Positions 51,819 through 64,000 of a stretch of 64,000 nucleotides of DNA are shown in pieces. This DNA is from Azolla caroliniana (taxonomy: Eukaryota; Plantae; Polypodiophyta), in the NCBI GenBank assembly GCA_043228905.1, contig JBHGNT010000006.1, positions 8,990,001 through 9,054,000 on the forward strand. The letters run 5' to 3'. Position numbers and translations under genes: made by a program. The notes under the pieces are model-generated. The model was given only the letters and a program-made list of their open reading frames with translations, ran no database searches and was not told the DNA's origin. The stretch's first letter is position 1, and each line of letters begins with the position of its first letter.

Positions 51819-54429
51819 AGAATTGGAGGTTTATACAAATACCTTTGCATTCTAGTTTCCTCCTGTGTGTTCAAATGCTAAAATTTTCTTTTAATGATAT
51901 GCAGGTCAGGTGTACCAGGCTGTTTTTAATCATATAGAGTAATGAGTCAAAATTCATTATTGCTTGTGTATTGAACGTTGTTTGATTGATCTTCATATCA
52001 ATTTTCTTTCTCTTACTTGTGTACCCATTTTTTTGATATTAGACTATGCATTTTATAATTACATGCTGCATGTTTAAGGATTTGCTTTTCATTGAAAGAA
52101 ACCCTGAAAGAAAAGCAGAGATGCATTCAAAACAAAATTGGTACCAGAAATAGTGAAGTATTATATTTCAATATTTCAGCTGAACTTTGCTGTGGCAATT
52201 CAACGGTTGCAAAACAATTGGTATGGGGCTCATTGCTGTCAGTGAGGATTATTTGATAAAAATAAGTTTCTTTGTAGAACTTAAAGGGTGTTCCTTTGTG
52301 GGATATGTTCTTTGACGGTAGGATTAATTTTGTATGTTAAAGGTAAATTGAGAGAAGAGGTAAGGACAATGTGCGTAAACTTCAATATGCTTAAGCTTCA
52401 GGATGCTCAGGATTAAATCACTTTCATAATTGGTAACAGACCAAAGAGAATGGGTGACATCCTAACTCTTAATTTTGATTGTGGAGTGATTTGTGATGTA
52501 AAACTCATTTCCTTATGTGTGGAATATGCTGCCCTGTCCCAAGTTAACTTTAGATGTCGCAATGTGTCACATGATTGATAGCTGCTCTCTTTCAGTTTAG
52601 TAATTTTCGTCAGCCTGACTTTCTTCAGAGTGGCAATGAAAAAATGCTCTTGGTTTGGATGTTGTGGCAACAGATATGCCCTTCAACGTAGGTATTTCTC
52701 TTTCTAGCATTTGAGCTTTTCTGAAACTTCTGCCCTCTTCTAGCTCAAATATGCTACATTTAATTTTGGCTAAAGTAAGTTTGGTTATTTGCTTAGGCCA
52801 CTCACAACTAGATACTTGAACCTTTTAAGTTGTCATTTGTTGTACTAAGACGAATATACAAGAACATAAGCCAACAAGGTGCTTTTAGATGTCTAAAAAA
52901 GGCAATTAATTCATGCATAATCATGCGGGCAGAACTTAATTTGATTATATTGTGAACGATATCATGCATCAGATCTAAGCATAACCGAAGAATTGGGGGT
53001 TGCAAATCAGGTTGTCCTTCGTGCTCCATAACTTTGCTTATGGCACAAAGTGAAGAAGTGAGGCTCACAAACCGGGGTTACCTCCATGCTCTACGCATGT
53101 TTAGAGCAATAATAATGTAAAGAGGACAATTAATTCATACATAAAACTGCATGTCCACATGATTATTCAAACTGGACATGATAAATGTGAGTAAGATATG
53201 ATGCATCGGATCCAAGGTAAACTAAAGAACCAAGGCACACAAATTCGTGTAAGCTCTATATTCCACAACTCCACTTTTTGGTTAGGGAACATAATGCTGG
53301 ATAAAAATTAGGATGAACAAAAGTATGATATATGTCAACTCTAGAACAAGCAAATTTGAAGTTATCACTTGTAAATTGTACTTACGTAAGAAAAATAAAC
53401 AAAAGATGATGCATGAGGTCTAAGGGAAACAAAAGAATTGAGGCACACAAATTGGTGTAAGCTCTATGCTACACAACTTCACTTTTTTCTTAGGCCACAT
53501 AACGATATATGTATAAAAATAAGACAAACAACAACATGATATATGTTATTTTACATGATATTCAAATAACAGCTCATTTTAAAGTTATCACTTGTAAATT
53601 GTACTTACATAAGAAAAACAAGGAAAGAAATTTGGAAATTTTGCCTCCTACCTATATTGGTACAGTTGTGCTATAAGTGTGTCATGAACAGTTATCACTT
53701 AGTTCACCATCAACTTTCGCAAATTGGTTGCATGTGCACAACAATTTCTATTTGATCCAGCTTATTCTCTTAACACATGTGATTTTACACACAAGAAAAC
53801 ATGCAATATTGGTAATGTATCAAATTATCATACTAGAGAAATCGTGGCATAATAGGGGTAGGAAAGGCAACACAAACCGTTCTTATCAAATGACAAGGTA
53901 ATGAACAAAAGACCATTCATATGGAACCTAAAAAACTGTCATTAAGTACATATTCATCATCAATTAGGCCTCTTCACCTGTGTGGGATAGAGACAGGTTT
54001 ATTCAATAAGCTTTAAGAATGAGCATTTACAGCAAAAATGTAGCTTGCAACACATACAAAAATATTTTGCATAACTGCTTGCTCCTATGTTATTCTGGAA
54101 TCTACATTTTTCATATCTATAGGAGAGTAAGGTAATAAATAGTGTTTAATGTAGATATAAGTAAAATAAATCTTGCAACCAGCTAGCCTTTGCACAAATT
54201 GGTTGAAGGAGCTGCAGCAACAACAATGAAACTATTAAAGTTGTCATCTATACACCTCTTGGGCATGCCAATTCACAACGTTGTTCTATCCTCCCCCCTG
54301 TGCTGGGTGAGCATGGAACCGAGGGCTATGGTTTAACGTATGATGATGAATCAAGGTAAAACATGGTTGCAACTTGCCAGATAGAGTGGGGAGGGTTCAA
54401 CACGAAAGAAGAGGAATGTGTTTTTTGTC

Positions 54430-54496
54430 TCGCTAGGGCCTTAGGGGGATTGGGTTGGGTTGGGTTGGGTGCCCATGACCGTGTGAAAGCGCCCAA

Positions 54497-54533
<37 letters not shown>

Positions 54534-55873
54534 TGTGCAGCAGCTTCAGTGCAGACGCAGGACTCAGGAGAAGAAAGAAAGAAACCTTTGGGAGACAAAT
54601 CCATTCTGCCGCTCTGCTACAGGTATTCCTTTTCCTTTTTGTAGCTTCTCTTTTTCTGCGTCGTTCTTTTTGGTTTGTAGGGTATGGTACTCTTTCTTTC
54701 TTTATTGGGGTTTGGTTCTGGTAATTTTATGGATGTTTTAGGGTTAGGACGGACCTGATTTTATTCTATTCCAAGCAATTAGGATCGGGTATTTTTTTTT
54801 TCTACTTTTGTCGGTACAGAGCTTAGATAGTTGGCCGTAGCAGTTACTTGATTTGGTTTCATGTATTGATACGGAGTTAGGAAAGCACATATTCAAAGAG
54901 ATCTTCTGTATATATTTGGCCCCGAGTAGAGGATTTATTTGGTTTTTGTATCTATGACCAGCTGAAAAAATACACATATTCAGCTTTTCAAGAGACCTGG
55001 CCCGACAAATCATCCCATATAAAACAAATCTTCCCCTTGGGAGATTTGGCGGTTAAATTATTCTCTCATAACCATCAGGTTCCTATAATAACACCCTTAT
55101 TTTGGTATTAATAATTTTTTGCTGATGCTGAGTGAGTATTATGGAAAAAGTCTTTTTCTATGATGGAAATCCAAATAAGGCATTCAACAGTATCCCATTA
55201 AAGATCAAGTCTCCCTGTTGGTTATAATCTTGTTACGTACACAAGCTTGACTTTCCATCTACATCCATGTAATGTGAGAGCACCTCTTATAATTGTTCTT
55301 GATCGTATTGGGTCAATCATTCCTCATTTAGCCATGCCTGATGATCCCCCAAGCCTAGCACCTAGGTGAGGCAACAAAGGTAGGTGTGGCAAATTTTCCC
55401 TTGGGGTTATTCTTTGTGCTCAAGTGGGCGATTTAGGTTGTTCAACTATGGGTCTCTGACCAATCCTCTCGTAATCACCACCAGTTGTCCTGATCATTTA
55501 TGGGGATCATTGGTAATCACCATTTTATTGTGAGCTACACTGGTTTAGGTCCTGGCATTCATGATCCGTGTGATGACTTTGGGATGTGGGGCCATGGTTC
55601 TTTCTATTCTCCTTTAAGGCGCTTCTGGTGGGGGTATGTATGGCACCACCTCTCCTGGGTTGGTGGCTGCACTGGTAGGCATTTGGAGTCACATCTTGGG
55701 CTTCTCAAGGATCGCATCAACGTTTCTTAAAAATTGTGGCTCATTTTTCTGTTTCCAGTTCCTTGGCTACACAGACATTCTGCCTTAATCCTTGTACCTG
55801 CCATAGACACAAAAAACGTGTGCTGGTTTTTGCATATATTGTACAAATTACATTAGTATAAAATGTTCCATCC

Positions 55874-55922
<49 letters not shown>

Positions 55923-56271
55923 GGATGCCCATAAACCTTAGGTGCCTTAACCTAGTTTGTTAACCCAACAATCTTAGATACCCATCTCTAATGAAAGGCA
56001 CTGGCCTCATGAAAATCTTTGGCCCTTATTCTCTTAATTCCCTTATATTCAAAGGTGTTCTTTTTGGGATGGTCTTAAATCCTTAAGCTCCCTTACACCA
56101 TTGATAGTGAAGGGAAGGGAATATGTCCACTGACATTTGTTTTGTATTTGTACATACAAACACCAAGTGGTTAGCATTGTTTTATTGGGCATTCACTTGT
56201 TTATGAGGGATTGGGAACTGTCACTTCGGAAGGCCTGTAAAGCATCTTAAAATTCATATACTGTTTTTCAG
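54430..56271 (+). promoter_or_regulatory. Promoter, non-coding exon 1 and 5'-UTR intron (54623-56271) of the COA3-like gene
   Basis: GCCCA site-II-like motifs, (CT)n leader, ACAG|GTATTC donor at 54623, TTTTTCAG acceptor 3 nt before the ATG. Confidence 0.65.
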
Positions 56272-56274
56272 CAA

Positions 56275-56478
56275 ATGACTGGTTTGAGACTTCCAAAGTT
56301 TTCCCGGATGCAAGTGAAGAACTTTGTGGTTGCAAGCAGCCTTACCATGTTTGTTGGAGGAGTATATCTATACACAATGAAGGCCGTAGGTGGGTCAGAT
56401 GAAATGGAGGTCGCAATAGAACAATTTGAGAAGGAAAAGTCTGTTAAATTACAGCAAGATACAGCTACTCAATCATAG
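56275..56478 (+). CDS. Cytochrome c oxidase assembly factor 3-like small mitochondrial protein (67 aa)
   Basis: KNFVVASSLTMFVGGVYLYTMKAVGGSDEMEVAIEQFE matches the plant COA3-family motif KNxVVAGxLxxFVxGVYxYTMxAVGGxDE; one TM helix plus a short coiled coil. Confidence 0.85.
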   Translation: MTGLRLPKFSRMQVKNFVVASSLTMFVGGVYLYTMKAVGGSDEMEVAIEQFEKEKSVKLQQDTATQS

Positions 56479-57350
56479 GGCGGAAAGTATTGGCACATGG
56501 TCTTTACTATCTTAATTAAGTTTAATGTGATGGAAAAGGGTGCTATAATCAAGTGAATATAATCCAGTGAAAAAGGCTACCTTGTTGCCTACTCTCTGGT
56601 TTCAAATATAGAGTCTTGCTCAGATTGCTGCAAAGGATGTGTCATTATTGATGTGAGAACCCATTCTCTATTCCAAATTCATTGTGCTGTTTTTTGGTTC
56701 ATATTTTGTAAAAGAAAAACAAATTTGGATATTCTAGTTGATGAACCTGATACACATGAAGTATGTATTAACTTTGATTAATAATTAACAAAAATAATAC
56801 AGAGAGAATTTGATGCGAGAGAAATTAAGTCTCTTTTCAAAGGATCAAATATATTCTTTTGGCAAAAGCAGTAATGTTAGATTGTATTTGAAGGGCAGTA
56901 ATTTTCAAGTTTGAGGAGGGGAGAGTATTGATTTAGAGTTTTATGCTAATGAGTGGTCTTCCCTATAGCGATACTGCATAAACAGTAGGATGATTGATGA
57001 GTTGATATGGAAGAACTTGAAAGTTGACACATGACAGTGAAAAAAAAGCTTCAATAACTAGAAATTTTACTTGTCTTTCTGTATTCAGATTGCTTTTTAT
57101 TTGAACCCCAATGGATTCTTTTCTGCTTCTGTGTTTTGAGTATATTTCTAAATGATATTATGGCAGAGAACTATTCATAGATTCACAAAAAAGTGAAAAG
57201 TGCAAATATATACCAATATAATCATAGGAATTTGCGAGAAAAGTAATGAACAGATAAGTACCAACCATCAAATTTTTTTCGCAAATACTCAGTTACAGAG
57301 GAATTGGAAATCAGAGCATCACTAATTCTTGCTGGGACTAATTAATAATT

Positions 57351-57663
57351 GGGAAAAGTTCCAGGATACCCTTGGAAGTTCGTCTATTTACCAGAATGCC
57401 CCTGGAAGTTCCAAATTTACCAAACTACCCCAATGTCCAAAAACTTACACCTAATAAAGTAATTAAACGCTCAAATCTGTGGTAAACAGGGTTAGTTTGG
57501 GTCCATTTCTTCCATCTTTGATAAATAGGGCTTGTTGTTTTGAGTGTATAATTACTTTATAAAGTGTAATTTTTTGGACATAGGGGTAGTTTGGTAAATT
57601 TGGAACTTCCAAGGGCATTTTGGTAAATAGACGAACTTCTAGGGGTATCCTTGTACGTTTCCC
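57351..57663. mobile_element. Mutator-like MITE (313 bp)
   Basis: ~125-bp TIRs starting GGGAAA and ending TTTCCC; perfect 9-bp TSD TTAATAATT at 57342-57350 and 57664-57672. Confidence 0.93.
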
Positions 57664-60195
57664 TTAATAATTTGACATCTATTTTTGCATAGTTATGTCC
57701 TTCATAGCATAATTAATCATAACTACATGCTACTTTTGTTTATAAATGAGATAGCTTTGATTTTTAAGTACTTGCAAGCGGTAGGAACTTTTTAATTATC
57801 AGTCAATGATCAAATTTTGATAATAATCAACTTTGTGAAAATGGATTGTTGATGTAATTTCCATGACTTTTTGACAAATTTCCATTATTATATTTGTATA
57901 TTGGTAATTCTTTCTAAATTGTAACTATTGAGACCCTAAAATTGTTTTTGTCTTACTTGGAGAGGGCTTTCACATTATTCTTGAATTCCACAAACCTAAA
58001 ATCTAGCATGTTAATCCATTTTGATCTTCTCTCTTGGCAAAAATACAGGTATTATAAGTGTTGTAAGAGCTTTGCTAGGAAGTTGTGTTTAATGCAATGA
58101 TGGCTAAAATGGTTGTCACTAAAAAAGATGAACCTTAATGAGTTTCAAATATGTAGTTTAGCACTAATACCATTCATCTATGCTATAACAAAATTAGGCC
58201 ATGCATATTTCAAAGCCAAGCAAACCTCAAATCAAGCACAATCTATGAGCCTTGTTCTTCTATTGCACCAAACAAACTTAAGTTTTTTATACTTCAATTT
58301 AGGGTTAACCAAGCCCAATCAACCTAGGGGAATTGGTTTCGGCAAGCACCCTTTCTTTGGTGTTGGTGATTCATGCCTCACAATGAATGTTGAAGCCATC
58401 CTCTACAAATAATTGAATGTTGTTGGATGATGATTTTTTTAGAGGAAAGATTTGCTAACACTTTGAAGGGATCTTGAAGGGTCTATTGACATTGAAAATT
58501 TGAGTTAGGGAGCAATAACCTAGAAGAGCTATATTTCTATGATCATTGGCTAAACAAGAATCTAGAATTGCTATATTTTTATGATCATTGACTGGACAAA
58601 GTTAGTAAAGCTTTTTCCTTAGCAAAGGAGGGATTCAAATCGATTTAGGATGTGATCAATGATCGGCATCTCTTGTTTAGCTTCAATTGCATAGCATGTT
58701 GCTATAGTCTTGGGCCACATCATTGACTCATATGAAATGAAGTGACAAAGTGGGTATAATTATTAGTATTTGTTCTCCCTTTAGACAAAGATTACAAGAT
58801 TCACGATTGGATATTGAAGAAAGGCAATATTTTTGTTCCAATGGACAAGTTTAAAACATGTCTAGTGTACAACTTGTTGCAACCCTCCTCGTAACTTCAA
58901 GAACATGTAAATGATATTGTTGTAGGTTAAAACTTCCAAAGATAGCCAACTTCATCGCATCATGCATGATATGCCAATTTCCAAGTTTTGGGAAATGCAT
59001 TTTATTTGGACATATTCAGTGTGGAATGTCAAACAATGACCTTTCCTTCGAATGGAGAAGATTTTGTGCACTTTTGACCATTTGGATGGCCCACATCTAC
59101 AGTCAAGTACATCCCACTTCAATTTTATCTTCTTTATTGTGAGTGCTTGTAAGCACTTGTGTTTTTAACACTTCGTACATTCCCTTTTCTTCTTTGTGGA
59201 TTTTCACCTTGCAAGTAATATAAATTTTACAATAAAAGACAAGAATTGGATTTGTTTGATGATAAATGAGTACAAATAACAATCAAGTGACCTTATGGTT
59301 ATGGAATCTTTACTAATATCCTTATATTAAATATGTCGACAATTAAAACTTGTGGTGTTGCCTTTTATGGTTAATGTAGCACATAGGTGACAATTCGTGT
59401 TGGGTATAAATAAGGATAACATTGGATGAAACTATGTTTACCAGTACAAAAGCTATTATGATTGTCGATGACTTTTTCAGACTTGTATTATGTACTATAA
59501 CCTTTTCTAATCACATTAAATTTTCATTTGAAAAGCAAAATATGTGGCACAATGTACAACTATTTTTGGCAATGCTTTGGGAGATATGTATGGCTGTTGT
59601 AGTGCAATAGTAGTTGAAATAGTTAAGCTTTTGTGTTGAAGTATCGTCTAAATTGCTTTAGACATAATATAAACCATTGTCAGCAAAAAATTTAAAAATT
59701 TAATAAAACATCGCACAATGTTGTAACTATGTTAATAGTGTAAAGGGGAAACTGGTTTTGATCCTAGCCAAAGTTTAAACATCCATTCACCTTTACATTT
59801 ATTGATATTTGTTACATATAACATTCTCCATATAGGTTGTTTGCACCAAAAGTGGATCATCATCAGATTGTATATAGTTTATATTAATTCAAGCAAGTAT
59901 GAGGTTAATAAATAACCTCTCTTGGGCATCAACCCAACTTTTACATGAAATGCACGAGTTAAACTTAAAAGTATCTATGGGTACATGTCATGCAGATAAA
60001 CAATTCATGTCTTACAAGCCCATGTAACAAATGATAACTTATCAATTATGTGACTGACAATTGATCTTGAGACCATAAATTAAATACTACTAAAAAATTC
60101 TTAAACCATATGCAATCTTGCATTCAACTACACCTCCATTAGCGTAGATCCTCACTAAGATTTATAAACCCATATGCAATGTGCCTATATGCAGT

Positions 60196-60295
60196 GCATG
60201 ATCAAGATAAAAGGACATACCTTATAGACCATACATACTAAGATTGCATGATCAAGATAAAAAGACATACCTTATAGACCATACATACTAAGATG
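60196..60295 (+). repeat. 50-bp tandem duplication
   Basis: GCATGATCAAGATAAAA(G/A)GACATACCTTATAGACCATACATACTAAGAT twice. Confidence 0.9.
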
Positions 60296-61784
60296 ACAAG
60301 TGAAGGTAGTTTTATAAAAGATAAATTTACTAGTTACTAAGATAATGTAATATACCCGTGTTCACTAGTAATATGCACAAATTTACTAAAACTTTAATCC
60401 ATGTTGGAACTTAAAGAGAAACACTTTTTTTCGCCTATATGATGGGTGGTGATTCTTTTACAACAAATCAATTCTCACATCCCAATATTATAGAACATGA
60501 GCATGTTGTCCATATACATTCTCTAAGCATGATTGCAATGGAGATATAACACCATACCTCTATACTCCCCACTCATGGAGTGTGGATCCAACATCTTTAA
60601 CTCTATTTTACCTTATGGCTTCCAATGTCCATGACTAATAAACCCTTTCATTTGGTACACAAACGTATATTCTCATATTCATATTCCTACCTAAATGAAA
60701 GCCTTTGGCCTCCAAGATTCTTGAGTTATATTGGCTTTAGCGATTATGTAAAACTTTGGTGTTACACTACTTTCATGACTACGATGATATTAATAACTAT
60801 TAATGCAAATGAGGATGAACGAGGGAATTTTTTTGTTTGTTTTGCTTGAAGCATTTTAAGTGAGAAAAGGATTTATCGAGAAACTATTCAAATTCCACAC
60901 ATAAAAAGTAACATATTAGTGCACATTTAAATATTCGAGAACCATTATTTCAATGATCCGTTGCTTTTGCATGACATAAGCTTACACTCTCTTCAATATG
61001 AGAGGGGGCATAGGGTGATTAACCAAGTTTCTGATCAAACATGCATGTTTTGCTCCGAACAAGGTTGGGATTTTACTTTTTGAGTATTCCATCATTTGCA
61101 ACTATACCATATCCTTGCACAACTTATCTCTCAATCTCAATTCCATAAGCCATATTTGACCTCTAAGAACTTGATAATAAACTCATCAAACATATCCCTC
61201 TCTTAAAATGTAGGTTAGTGAACATATTCATAATCAAACAAGTTGATTCTTCAAACACATTTGTGCAAATTTGCTTGTTTCAACGAGATGAGCATCCCAT
61301 CACATAGAACTATGTAGGTTTAAAACAATGCATGAGACTTTTATAATGCTAAGTGCAAGGTTTGATCAATTAGTTTGAATGTGACGTATAGATGAACATT
61401 ATGTTCCAATCTTTGCTCTACAAATACACCAAAACTACATAAAACATACAAAATTGTTGAAAGAGAAACAAATGTTGTTAAACTAGGGAATTAAGATTAT
61501 ATGAAAGTGTGAGGGATGGACAAGAAGAGTCCATTCAGTTTTTCAAATTCTGATTAGAAGATGCGCACTTTGCCAACGAAATGTGTCGGTAAAGAAGTCG
61601 ACACACGCAATTGAGCAAACAATAAAAGAAGAAACTTTACTAGGATTTGACATGTTTTAGGTTTTTATAGATTAGTGAGCCCCACATAAATGAATGTGTA
61701 CGTATATGTAATACTAATAGTATGTCTGTCTGTATGATTTTTTGCTCTGCATAAAAAAACTTTTGTGGGCGATTGCAGAAGACT

Positions 61785-62090
61785 ATGTACAAAGATAGAC
61801 AGAATGCTGTGTGGAGTGTTGGTTTCTTCTTGGTCCACATTATGTTGAGTAGATGTGGGAGCTATGGAAGGCTCTTAGAGCTACACCCATCAGATGAGAC
61901 TAGGGTTCGACATAATCATCATCATCATCATCATGTTCCTGTTTCATCATCACATGAATATGAATATATTCCAGCTCCATTCATGAAAAGCATTGACAGT
62001 CATGGCTTCTCCCACGAGATCCAACAACTTCACGACGCCGCGCCTGACAAAAGACTCGTCCCCTCTGGCCCTAACCCTCTTCATAACTGA
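61785..62090 (+). CDS. CLE (CLAVATA3/ESR-related) peptide precursor, CLE9/10-type
   Basis: Single exon of 101 aa with an N-terminal hydrophobic segment and the C-terminal 12-aa motif RLVPSGPNPLHN directly before the stop. Confidence 0.93.
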   Translation: MYKDRQNAVWSVGFFLVHIMLSRCGSYGRLLELHPSDETRVRHNHHHHHHVPVSSSHEYEYIPAPFMKSIDSHGFSHEIQQLHDAAPDKRLVPSGPNPLHN

Positions 62091-64000
62091 ATTCTCAAGT
62101 CTCACATGGTATCCAGTTTTCATCTGGTTCTCTATGGCATTAGGTAATGGAATCGTCACTCATATGATTTGGTCTGATAATCATCGATTCAGGTTTGATT
62201 CGATTCGGACTTGATACTTGGTGATGTCTCCAGATTACATTCAGTCTTGATATTTGTTGGTGTAGATTCTACAGGGAAATTGGACTCAATCTGGTCCCTA
62301 GTCAAATTTTTGTTCGCCTGGATATTCATTTTTATTCAACCAATTTTGAGTTGGATTGAATTCAGTCACTCGGATCGATTTCATTCAACATTTCGACACT
62401 TGATTTTCATTCATCCGTATGAATTTTGTTCGACTTTGGTTGCTATTGGTTTTCAATGAGTCATTTCGACATTCAAATTCTTGTGATTTATTTTCAATAA
62501 TTAGAACAATGGTTGGCATCAATCTTTTCTTTGTGTTTTGGGTTAGGCATTATGTGGTTCAATTTCCATGAATAGTTTGACAAGGGGTCATTCCACTTAT
62601 TTGTGAGATACCTAGTTGATTGACTCGTCCATCTTGATCATTTTCAATGAACTCAAATATGAAAGAAGGTATTCATGTCATTCTAGAGATTACATAATGC
62701 GATATCTCATGTGATGAGCTTCTTTTGATCTTTGTATGAGTAGTGGTAGTACTAAACCTTTACCATACTTGATCTATTGTCCGTTCGATTCCAGAGTGTG
62801 CCGTTTCACCTTTTCTTATTCCTTGTTATAATAGAGTGCATAAAAAAACTCACACGAATGTAATTTCAATCACCTCATAGGAGATGTTGCCCTTTTGAAC
62901 ACATTAACATGCCAATTCATATCATTTGCTTTGTCTCTCTCTATCCCAATAACTAATGCTAAGTTTTGGCATCAATTGATTAGTGATCTATGGGTGTAAC
63001 AAGGGTTCTCTAGCTTGACCTCACACTTGGATTATGGATCGATCAATATAAGAGGAGAATGTGCCAATGGCAAAGGAGGAGTACCTTCAAATGATATGCT
63101 CTTGGGGCGGTAGGTTGACACTAAAATGGGGCCTCCCTCACAAGTCATGCAAGTATATAGATATATCCTTGGTGGTTTGGTTTTGATCACCACTATTTTG
63201 GTTTCACGTGCATTCATGGAGTAACCACATGTTTGACACCAATCCTCAACAACCTAGAGAAAGCATCAAGAAGTGGTAACATCAAAGGAGAAGTGAACCA
63301 AATCATTTGTGTATTGAAAAAAATCACATTAGATACCGACTCAAAGCTAATTCGGCTGGATATCATAATTTTGAATCAAAATGCAAAGTAGACAACTTAC
63401 ATATAGCAAAACTCGTTGTGTTACTGGAAAGGAAGGATAATGCTGCCACAAGTCAAACATGGATATGGAAACAATGATCAAACAAATTGAGATAAAAGTT
63501 GGACAAGGATTAAGTGATAACAAGTTAAACATGGATATGTGAAATACTATCAAACCAGTTGAAATAAAGTTTGGACAGACTAAAAGTAAAATAACTAGAT
63601 CTATAGTTGGTAAAAATGTTGGAAGTGAAGATAACCAACCCTATAGTAGTAAGGTAAAGTGTCAATCTTGATCTTGAATTCAAATTAGACATATCACCTA
63701 ACCATAGTTTTGAAGAAATGTAAAGATGTCTTTGCATGGAAGTTCAAAGTAGAGCACGACAAATTGCTGCAAAGAATGATCATCATTTGTATGTATTAAC
63801 GGAAATTGAATGTGACAACAAAATTGGATCCATTTCCCTTACCCTATATTTGCACTTTCGTAGATAGTATTGTGACATTGTGAGAGAATAAATTTATAGT
63901 TTTTTGGCTAGCTTCTCATTAAATAATTATATTACTATGAAAGATAAAGACAATTTGAAAACATCTTCTATTATATTAATGCCAAACCTCAAGTTGTGTT

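Noticed and set aside
54180-54335. tRNA-derived SINE
   Set aside because: Weak A-box resemblance only; no B-box, tail or TSD.

Overview
Eukaryotic, AT-rich land-plant genomic DNA. A non-seed plant such as a fern is my inference from gene divergence and TE types, not a proven assignment. 1-16.1 kb is a stack of nested retroelements that can be peeled by target-site duplications (TSDs). An old Copia LTR hosts solo LTRs; one of these hosts a decayed RTEX/CR1-like LINE; the LINE hosts a very young full-length Copia (466-bp LTRs, TSD ATTCT) and another solo LTR. Five host genes follow: a ~19-exon LRR-VIII-1 receptor kinase (HPCA1/CARD1-like, +), an OR23-like F-box/kelch gene (-), GET1/WRB (+, with a 10.2-kb TE-filled intron carrying a U2 snRNA-derived fragment), a COA3-like small mitochondrial protein (+) and a CLE9/10-type peptide precursor (+). 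There are also hAT and Mutator MITEs and several tandem duplications. The most unusual observation is that two unrelated genes (F-box/kelch and COA3-like), 18 kb apart and on opposite strands, share a homologous promoter + non-coding first exon + splice donor + repeat-containing first-intron module. Second is a U2-headed 9.6-kb block bracketed by a 23-bp direct repeat inside the GET1 intron. All alignments were done by eye and family assignments are from recalled motifs.
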